Source of the DNA: Dehalococcoidia bacterium
GTDB taxonomy: Bacteria > Chloroflexota > Dehalococcoidia > Plut-88900
DNA: 64,000 nt
Assembly: GCA_965249275.1 (NCBI GenBank)
Contig: CBDFLQ010000006.1
Span: forward strand, 448,307-512,306
Reading direction: 5' to 3'
Numbering within the stretch: position 1 is the stretch's first letter; each line of letters opens with the position of its first letter. Below the pieces are notes generated by a model. The model searched no databases. It was not told where the DNA came from and was given only the letters and a program-made list of their open reading frames with translations. The translations under genes were made by a program, and so were the position numbers. Below, piece after piece: positions 27,870-35,432 of this stretch.

Positions 27870-29240
27870 ATGTCCACAGTCTTGACCAATGCCACTATAG
27901 TCACCTCGAACCCCAACAGGGACATTCTGTACGATGCAGCCCTGGCCGTAGATGACGGACGTATCGTCGCCCTCGGCCCGACCCCCGACATCCTGTCCCA
28001 GTTCCCCAACGCCGAGATCGTTGACTGCCCAGGCAAGACCGTCTTCCCGGGACTCATCAACGCCCACACCCATCTCATGCGCACCGTGGGGCGGGGCATC
28101 CTCGAAGATACGGGTTACCCCAACACTCTGCAACATCCCCAGGATGTCCGTGAGATGCTTAGCCCCGACGAGACCCGCGCAATGGTCATGCTCGGCGCCT
28201 TGGAATCTATACGGAGCGGGTCCACCGGTCTCATCGAAATTAGCCGGAACACGGAGACATTTGCCCCTGCCTTGGAAACAACGGGACTCCGGCTTGTATT
28301 GGCCGAAGTAATGGAAGACCTCGACCCTGAGCCCGCAAAACTCGGCATCTATGAGTACTCTGACGACCGCAGAGAAGCGAGCATCCAAAGAGGCTCCGGC
28401 TTAGTCGAAAAGTGGAACGGATCCGCTGGAGGCCGCATAACCTGCTTCTTCGCTCCCGGCGGCCCTGAGTCCTGCTCTCCCCAACTCCTGCGTTCCGTCA
28501 GAGACATGGCCGAAAGCTATGATATCGGCTACACCATTCACCTCTGCCAGAGCATGGTCGAGATGAACGCCATCCGCCGCATCTACGGCGTGCGCCCCAC
28601 CCACTACCTCTTCGCCAACGAGTTCCTCGGCCCCCGACTCCTCACCACCCACAATCGCTACGTCGATGATTCGGAAATAGCAATGCTCGGCGGCGCAGGC
28701 GTGAGCATATCCAACAACCCGGCCATCGCCGCCCGACGTGCTACAGCCGCCCCCGTCCTGGAGCTGCAAGCCGCCGGATGCAACGTCGCCATGGGCTCCG
28801 ACAACATGACCCACGACATGGTCGAGGTACTGCGCTCCGGCGTCTTCTACGAAAGGGTGCGCCGTAACTCCCAGATGCATCCCATGCCCGAAGACGTCCT
28901 CGAGTGGGCCACTATGGGTTCCGCCCGTGCCCTCCGCCTCGACCAAAAAGTCGGCTCCCTTGAACCGGGCAAACAAGCCGACCTCTTCATCATCAACTCC
29001 TCCCGCGCCCACCTCGTCCCCAACCTCAGAATCGTATCCGCGTTCGTCCACAACGGTCAGGCCGGCGACATAGAGTCCGTCATGGTAGATGGCCGGTGGC
29101 TAATGCGAGACCGCAAGGTTCTCACCATCGACGAGACCTCCGTAGTCGAAGCCGCCCAGGAAGTCGGCACCCGAGCCTGGCAACGCCTCCTCGATCGCTA
29201 CCCAGACGTCCCCTTCCCCTTCTCCCTCGTCCCAAACTAA
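27870..29240 (+). CDS. Amidohydrolase-superfamily deaminase/chlorohydrolase-like enzyme (MtaD/TrzA/guanine deaminase group)
   Basis: 456 aa. PGLINAHTHL metal motif, HLCQS, GSDN. Substrate unknown. Confidence 0.8.
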   Translation: MSTVLTNATIVTSNPNRDILYDAALAVDDGRIVALGPTPDILSQFPNAEIVDCPGKTVFPGLINAHTHLMRTVGRGILEDTGYPNTLQHPQDVREMLSPDETRAMVMLGALESIRSGSTGLIEISRNTETFAPALETTGLRLVLAEVMEDLDPEPAKLGIYEYSDDRREASIQRGSGLVEKWNGSAGGRITCFFAPGGPESCSPQLLRSVRDMAESYDIGYTIHLCQSMVEMNAIRRIYGVRPTHYLFANEFLGPRLLTTHNRYVDDSEIAMLGGAGVSISNNPAIAARRATAAPVLELQAAGCNVAMGSDNMTHDMVEVLRSGVFYERVRRNSQMHPMPEDVLEWATMGSARALRLDQKVGSLEPGKQADLFIINSSRAHLVPNLRIVSAFVHNGQAGDIESVMVDGRWLMRDRKVLTIDETSVVEAAQEVGTRAWQRLLDRYPDVPFPFSLVPN

Positions 29241-29292
29241 ATCCCTGCATGACCTTCCCCCCTCGAGGGTGGCGCATTCCGCTCGCCCTGAG

Positions 29293-29441
29293 CAGAGTCG
29301 AAGGGTCTCAAGAGCGGAATGGGCGGGGCGTCCCCCTCCCCCATGATGAGTCGCAGATACGCCGAGGCGTGACATTTGCAGAATCTGTGTTGGAGGGGCC
29401 GGGGCCGCTCGTGCTGAGCCCGTCGAAGTATGAGCGGGGGG
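29293..29441 (+). repeat. Composite array of intergenic repeat modules B, C and A
   Basis: Module B at 29293-29340 matches 51714-58. Module C at 29331-29380. Module A at 29401-29441. The array generates the spurious ORF 29096..29545. Confidence 0.7.
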
Positions 29442-29613
29442 AGGAAATGTGGTTGTCAGAGCGGCAGATTTTGGTGTACCCCAAACGACGAAAATATTTG
29501 GAGGAAAGTCGTACATTGTTCACCCTCGCCCCAACTCCGAACTAACCCCACCTTCTCGCGGACGCTATAATGGCCCTGCCGTGAGCCCTCTATCAGAATT
29601 CTAGGAGGCCAAT

Positions 29614-31143
29614 ATGCGTGTAAAGCCCCCATCCCTCGACGCCCTCTCCGAAATCGCAGAGTCCTATGGATTCGACCTTTCCGAAGAAGACTTGGAGTCC
29701 TTCCAGGGCCTCATCTCCCCAATAATGGCCTCCTATGAAAGGCTCGACCAGCTCCCTGAGCCCGCCTTGCCCGTAAAATACGCGAGAACTCCCGGACACC
29801 GCCCCTCCCCCGAGGACAACCCCCTCAACGCCTGGTACTGGCGCAGCGAGATCAAAGGCGCAGATTCCGGCCCACTGGCTGGCAAAACCGTAGCCATCAA
29901 GGACAACGTCTCCGTCGCAGGCGTTCCCATGATGAACGGCACCGCTGTGCTGGAGGGCTACGTCCCGAACTCCGACGCCACCGTCGTCACCCGCATCCTC
30001 GACGCCGGAGGCACTATCCTCGGTAAGGCCGTCTGCGAAAGCATGTGCATCTCCGGCGGCAGCCACACCTCCGACACCGGCCCCGTCCGCAATCCATATG
30101 ACCAGACCCGCAGCGCCGGGGGATCATCCAGTGGCAGCGCCGCCCTTGTCGGTTCGGGCGCAGTCGACATGGCCATAGGAGGTGACCAAGGCGGCTCCAT
30201 CCGGATACCCGGATGCTGGTGTGGCATCTACGGCCTCAAGCCCACCCACGGCCTTGTCCCCTACACCGGAATCTTCCCCATTGAGATCACCCTCGACCAC
30301 ACCGGCCCCATGGCCCGTTCCGCCGCCGACTGCGCCCTCCTCCTGGAGGCCATCGCCGGCCCCGACGGCCTGGACCCGAGACAGAACGCCAACCTCCAAG
30401 CGCAAGCCTATACTCAACTCCTCACTGGAGACGTCTCCGGCCTCCGTATCAGCGTCCTGGAGGAGGGCTTTGGATTAGACGGTCTTTCGGAAGAAGATGT
30501 CGACGAAATGAATCGTCAGGCTGCGTCAGGTTTCGAAACCCTTGGCGCAAGCGTGACCAGAGTTTCCGTCCCTTGGCACAAGGACGGCGTCCACGTTTGG
30601 AACGGCATCGGAATCGAGGGGCTCACCCTGCTGATGATCGCCGACAACGGCATGGGCACCAACTGGAAGGGCCACTATTCCACCGGTCTCCTCGACGCAT
30701 TTGCCCGTGGCCGCAGGACCCGCGCCAACGACTTCTCCGAGACCGTCAAGATGATCGTCCTCCTCGGCCAGTACCTCCACGACGACTATCACGGCAGGTA
30801 CTATGCTAAGGCCCAGAACCTGGGCCGCAGCCTCAAGGCCGCTTACGACCAGGCTTTCCAAGACGTCGACCTCCTCCTTATGCCGACCCTCCCTCTCAAA
30901 GCCACCAAGATTCCCAGCCCCGACGCATCCCGGGAAGAATACGTCGCCCGAGCCCTCGAAATGATCCCCAACACTGCGCCCTTCGATGTCACGGGCCACC
31001 CCGCCATTACCGTCCCCTGTGGCATGTCGGAGGGACTGCCCGTGGGAATGATGCTGGTCGGTCGCACTGGCGAGGATGCTACAGTCCTCCAGGCCGCCGA
31101 CGCCTTCCAACGCAACGTCTACTCCCCCGATTACCCGTCCTAA
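29614..31143 (+). CDS. Amidase (amidase-signature family)
   Basis: 509 aa. VAIKDNV (Lys) and GGSSSGSAALV signature. Confidence 0.9.
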   Translation: MRVKPPSLDALSEIAESYGFDLSEEDLESFQGLISPIMASYERLDQLPEPALPVKYARTPGHRPSPEDNPLNAWYWRSEIKGADSGPLAGKTVAIKDNVSVAGVPMMNGTAVLEGYVPNSDATVVTRILDAGGTILGKAVCESMCISGGSHTSDTGPVRNPYDQTRSAGGSSSGSAALVGSGAVDMAIGGDQGGSIRIPGCWCGIYGLKPTHGLVPYTGIFPIEITLDHTGPMARSAADCALLLEAIAGPDGLDPRQNANLQAQAYTQLLTGDVSGLRISVLEEGFGLDGLSEEDVDEMNRQAASGFETLGASVTRVSVPWHKDGVHVWNGIGIEGLTLLMIADNGMGTNWKGHYSTGLLDAFARGRRTRANDFSETVKMIVLLGQYLHDDYHGRYYAKAQNLGRSLKAAYDQAFQDVDLLLMPTLPLKATKIPSPDASREEYVARALEMIPNTAPFDVTGHPAITVPCGMSEGLPVGMMLVGRTGEDATVLQAADAFQRNVYSPDYPS

Positions 31144-31187
31144 CTCCCGACTCTTTTGCCCAAAGCCCAGTCCCGGCTACGTGAATA

Positions 31188-31823
31188 ATGGAGATGAACG
31201 AAAGCCAACGTAGGCTCGCTGACGCCTATGCCATAAAGAACGAACGTCAGCTCGTGGAGCAGTACGACTCCTGGGCCACCGACTACGATGCCGACCTCGC
31301 CGCCTGCGGCTATCGCATGCCTCCGGTCATCTGCGGCTTGGTCGTTAGGCATCTCCCCGACACAACAGCCCCAATCTTGGATGCCGGCTCGGGTACGGGG
31401 ATCCTCGGCGAGGCCCTCCACGTGCTCGGCTACTCAGACATCACCGCCATCGACCTCTCTGCCGGAATGCTGAAAGTGGCTGCGGGCAAGGGAATCTACC
31501 GTGCCACCCGACAAATGACCCTCGGAGAGCCCCTGGATTTCCCCAATGGTTACTTTTCCGGGGTCGTTGCGATGGGAGTCCTAACCGTCGGGCACGCTCC
31601 GCCATCGTCTTTGGATGAATTGGTAAGGATAACCAAGCCTGGCGGGACCATCGTATTCAGCATGCTCCACCAGGAGCCCGTGGAGACCGAGTTCAGGGTT
31701 AAGCAGGACGACTTGGAACGCCGAGGCCTATGGCGTCTGGTTGAGGAAATCTCGCCCTTCCAGAGCCTCCCCTACGGCGAACCCGACGTCTCACACAAAG
31801 CCTACGTGTACAAAGTCCTCTAA
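31188..31823 (+). CDS. Class I SAM-dependent methyltransferase
   Basis: 211 aa. ILDAGSGTGILG motif I. Confidence 0.8.
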   Translation: MEMNESQRRLADAYAIKNERQLVEQYDSWATDYDADLAACGYRMPPVICGLVVRHLPDTTAPILDAGSGTGILGEALHVLGYSDITAIDLSAGMLKVAAGKGIYRATRQMTLGEPLDFPNGYFSGVVAMGVLTVGHAPPSSLDELVRITKPGGTIVFSMLHQEPVETEFRVKQDDLERRGLWRLVEEISPFQSLPYGEPDVSHKAYVYKVL

Positions 31824-31834
31824 GGAGCCGACCC

Positions 31835-32827
31835 TCAGCCCCCGAACACCGCCTCCGCAAAGCTCTCCATGATCGCCTCTATCGAGGGGTAAGGTCCTCC
31901 CGCCCCTGGCAGTGTGATCACCACTTCTCCAATCTCCGGCATCTCTACAAGCGCGGCGACCTTCTCCCTTACCTCCTGAGCATCCCCCGCCACGGTAAAC
32001 CTGTCGATGAACGGATCGAGCCCCGGGACCGGCTCCGTATCTCCTCCACTCAGGCTTGCAAGGTTGTAGTCCCTCTTGAACACCTCGATTGCTTGGCGGT
32101 CTTCTTCGCTGTACCGGCTAGTGTCCACCATTTTCAACATCGTCAGCACCCGACCCTGCACGTGCGCCCTTGCCACAGCTCGGTCCTCCGCCAACGACGT
32201 GATTACCCACGCCGCCTTCTCCACTTCTCCCGGGTTTCTCCCCACCTCCGACTCCCCCTCTTTAACTAGCTCCAATCCTTCCCTGACCTGAGACGGCACG
32301 GCCCCGTAATGGAGCAGCACACCGTCCGCCACCCGACCCGCTGACCTGGTAATCCTCGGCCCCGACACCGCAAAATAGATCGGTATCCCCGTGGGTTCCT
32401 CTAGGTACGCAATCCCTCCCCTCACCCCCCGCCCGAACTCCACATCCTCCCCCGACAGCAGGCCCCTGACTTTCTCTACGTATCCCTCCAATGACGCGAT
32501 CGTCGACCTCTTCGCCCCGATACTATTCACCAACGTGTTACCTACACTCATCCCTAGTATCAACCGACCCGGAGCAATGTCGTGCAATGTGGCAAATGCC
32601 CCTGCCGTCACGCTCGCATGCCTTGTCCGCGGCGCCGTAACCCCTGCCGCCAGCTTGATCCGGGACGTGGCCAGGGCACATGCCGTCAACGTCACGTACA
32701 ACTCCCGGCAGTTCAGCTGCGAGTCGATCATCCAAACGCTCTCGTAGCCCAAATCCTCGGCCATCTTCACCTGCTCCACCACCCGAGGCAGTGGCTGGTT
32801 GCTCACAATCCCGACGCCGTATTTCAT
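31835..32827 (-). CDS. LLM-class F420-dependent oxidoreductase
   Basis: 330 aa. GYESVWMIDSQ and an LLM TIM-barrel pattern. Confidence 0.8.
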   Translation of the reverse strand: MKYGVGIVSNQPLPRVVEQVKMAEDLGYESVWMIDSQLNCRELYVTLTACALATSRIKLAAGVTAPRTRHASVTAGAFATLHDIAPGRLILGMSVGNTLVNSIGAKRSTIASLEGYVEKVRGLLSGEDVEFGRGVRGGIAYLEEPTGIPIYFAVSGPRITRSAGRVADGVLLHYGAVPSQVREGLELVKEGESEVGRNPGEVEKAAWVITSLAEDRAVARAHVQGRVLTMLKMVDTSRYSEEDRQAIEVFKRDYNLASLSGGDTEPVPGLDPFIDRFTVAGDAQEVREKVAALVEMPEIGEVVITLPGAGGPYPSIEAIMESFAEAVFGG

Positions 32828-32941
32828 GAATTTCCTCTACCTAATAGATGGGGTTTTGAACGTCGTCCTCGCGGACATATACGGCATGATTATAGAGGTT
32901 AGGAAAAAGAAAGGAGCGAGACTTGGTGGCCTGCCCCGGCC

Positions 32942-34054
32942 CTACATGTCCCGGTAGACGGCTAACCCTTCGGCCAGCTTGTCGGAGCGCTCCAACCCGA
33001 CATACCTTGCGTTCTGCAGATACGTCCTCACGAAATCACCCAGAAGACTCCCGACTCTCTTCATTCCCGTCCGCACACCTTCCACCCCGTGGCCCATGAT
33101 CACGCCCAGGGACTCGGGCAGCACCGGGTCTTTCAGGTCCCTCACCATCTGCGCCTCCGCGATGTCAAGCACCCGCTGGAACACCCTCTCCTTACCGGGC
33201 TGCTGGGAGTAGGAGTATTTGATATGCGCCAAGCCGTAAGTCAAGTGTCTCGCATTGTCCTGCAGGCACCGTGCGAAGATGGCCTTCTCCGCCGGGTTGT
33301 GGGCGTACATCTCACCGTACCGGTAAAGGGTCTGGGTAAATGCGCCTCGCATTACGTGCAGGAACAAGCTCGTCGAAGTCCAGTCATTGTTGCTCTGCAG
33401 TATGACTCTGTCGACTTCCCCCCGGCTCTCGAGACCCAGGCCTCCCCCGTTGCTCAAAGCCCTCTTCCGGAATACGTCAAAGTGCCGTGCCGCGTCGAAC
33501 ACCTCAGAGGCCAGGAAGACTTTCACTTCGTGGTAGCCATACGACATTTGCTGGATCCACCCTGCCACAACCTCGTACTCCACGTTGGCCTGTTGACACA
33601 GCTCCGTACAGAGCTGGCACATAGCCCTTTCCACATCGTCAGGTAGCGGCTCTATGGTGTTCCACGGGATGTCGGTCGCCGGGACCCAGCGCTTCTGGAT
33701 CGCCTCCTCGTACAGGTCGGCAGCGTTGTCGGCCCACAGTTCGCGCTTATGCCGCAGGGTGATGTTTGCTACGAAAGGGCGTTCCACCCCGGGGTGCGCA
33801 CCGCGAAGGGCCCGCGTCCTGTCCTCGTGGTACTCAGGGATTTGGCCGTAGATCCCAACATTCAGGGACCCGAGAGTCAGCCCCTTCTTACCCGGCTTGA
33901 CCCTGATCCCCCACTCGAGATTCTCCTGCATCCAGTCCAGCGACAGGTCAGGGGCAGCAGTTTCTTCCTCTTCGACTATCTCCTGGAGGATGCGTTGGTG
34001 CTTCCTGACACCCCCCGGCTGCTGGGGCTCGGATTTCTCGTCATTTGTTGGCAT
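32942..34054 (-). CDS. Ferritin-like superfamily protein, degenerate paralog (all four carboxylate ligands replaced)
   Basis: Paralog of 34145..35239. Aligned ligand positions read Q, DAARH, G, DNARH. Preferred start is the ATG at 34054 (MPTNDEK, GAAGG 5 nt upstream); the ORF is open to 34120. Confidence 0.65.
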   Translation of the reverse strand: MPTNDEKSEPQQPGGVRKHQRILQEIVEEEETAAPDLSLDWMQENLEWGIRVKPGKKGLTLGSLNVGIYGQIPEYHEDRTRALRGAHPGVERPFVANITLRHKRELWADNAADLYEEAIQKRWVPATDIPWNTIEPLPDDVERAMCQLCTELCQQANVEYEVVAGWIQQMSYGYHEVKVFLASEVFDAARHFDVFRKRALSNGGGLGLESRGEVDRVILQSNNDWTSTSLFLHVMRGAFTQTLYRYGEMYAHNPAEKAIFARCLQDNARHLTYGLAHIKYSYSQQPGKERVFQRVLDIAEAQMVRDLKDPVLPESLGVIMGHGVEGVRTGMKRVGSLLGDFVRTYLQNARYVGLERSDKLAEGLAVYRDM

Positions 34055-34144
34055 ATATGCCTTCTCTGGAACGGGCTGCAGACCCGGATACATCGGCCAA
34101 CTGCCGGCGTACGAACGCAATTGCGGCCTTAGGACCGAGGGCTA

Positions 34145-35239
34145 TCAGTTGCGAAGCAGTTTCAGTACCTCGGGGTGCGCCCGACCATTGGTGAAACGCT
34201 CCTCGAACCCGGCCGACTTAACCCTCTGCACCCACTCCCGCATCTGCCTACGGTTGATCGCCATAAGCAGCCGCCATCCCTCGTCCACCTTGTCCTTGCC
34301 ACCGCCAAGCAAAACCGCCATCGACGCCGTGCTTGCCCTGTCCGTCCCTGCAGACCCAACCGCCGACCCCTCGAACAAGTACTCTTCTCCCTCGTCCAGG
34401 TACGTCTGCATCTCTTCTCGGCGCTCCGGCTCCGTCTGCCCTATGTAGCGCATGTGCATGATGCCGAAGGCCACGTGCCGAGACTCGTCCTGTGCTGCGA
34501 GCCGGTACATCCGCTTCTCGGCTTCGTTCTTCGCCAGCAACTCCCCAGTGCGGAAAATCGTCAACACCGGGGACTCCCCGATTACGTGAACGCGGGCCGA
34601 CATCTCCGAGAAGTCCCTCGCCATGTCGATGCTGACCACGCCGCCGCCCATCGTGTCGTCCGAGGCTCGCATTAGGCCCCCGCCGTTTACCAGGGCTCGC
34701 TTGCGGAACACGTCCAGGTGCCGTGCCTCATCCATCATCTGCGTCATCAGGAACATCCGGGTCTCCAGGTAGTCGGGGCTGATGCTCGCAACCCACCGAC
34801 CAGGAATATCCGCAGCAACAAACTCAATCTCGCTCAGGAAGGTCGTGAACTGACACGCTGCCCGTTCGATATCGTCAGGCAGGGGCTCAATCGTCTCCCA
34901 GGGTATGTCTGTCGCCGAACTCCACTGCCGCTGAAGCGCCTCCTCGTACAGGCCACCGGCGTTCTTCAGCCAAACGTCCTGCTTGGAGTTCACGTAGTAA
35001 GCGCCGCTCCTATAGTTCCAGTCCCTCGCCGCCGACCCCCTCTGCCGCCCGGACCGGATGGAGCTGTTCTCCGGGGCGTCTCCGTAGGAGTCCATTTGGA
35101 TGTCTTCCAGGGTCAACCCGCGCTTGCCGGGCGTGGCCGTCATGCCCCACTGTCCCTTATCCTCCATCCAGCCCAATTGGGGTTCGTAGTTCTCGTCGTA
35201 AATTACGCCCGGACCCGCGGAAATGGTGGTGTTCGGCAT
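34145..35239 (-). CDS. Ferritin-like diiron-carboxylate protein (putative oxygenase/oxidase subunit)
   Basis: 364 aa. E...DEARH...E...DESRH, a 2 x (E, ExxH) pattern at four-helix-bundle spacing. Confidence 0.65.
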   Translation of the reverse strand: MPNTTISAGPGVIYDENYEPQLGWMEDKGQWGMTATPGKRGLTLEDIQMDSYGDAPENSSIRSGRQRGSAARDWNYRSGAYYVNSKQDVWLKNAGGLYEEALQRQWSSATDIPWETIEPLPDDIERAACQFTTFLSEIEFVAADIPGRWVASISPDYLETRMFLMTQMMDEARHLDVFRKRALVNGGGLMRASDDTMGGGVVSIDMARDFSEMSARVHVIGESPVLTIFRTGELLAKNEAEKRMYRLAAQDESRHVAFGIMHMRYIGQTEPERREEMQTYLDEGEEYLFEGSAVGSAGTDRASTASMAVLLGGGKDKVDEGWRLLMAINRRQMREWVQRVKSAGFEERFTNGRAHPEVLKLLRN

Positions 35240-35432
35240 GTCGATTCCCCCTGAGAGCCGCTATCCAAGACCTATATACCACGCTCAATATAATTCCCCA
35301 TCCGAGCCCGTGTCAAACCGGATCGAATTTGTAGTAAGCGCAATACCCCACGCATGGTACAATCCAGCCCTTCATACTGAACACCCCGCGGCCCATTCCA
35401 GACTCGGATAACCTAGCAGAGGAATTTGCGAC

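Noticed and set aside
29096-29545. 149-aa ORF, and similarly 43196..43693 (165 aa), in intergenic regions
   Set aside because: Both are built almost entirely from repeat modules A, B and C, and the translated text simply follows the repeat sequence. They are artefacts of GC-rich repeats.
35240-35432. Molybdenum-cofactor riboswitch upstream of the Mo enzyme
   Set aside because: Only a short CCGAGCC-like string is present, and I could not find the paired conserved elements of the Moco motif. Most likely this is just a divergent promoter region.
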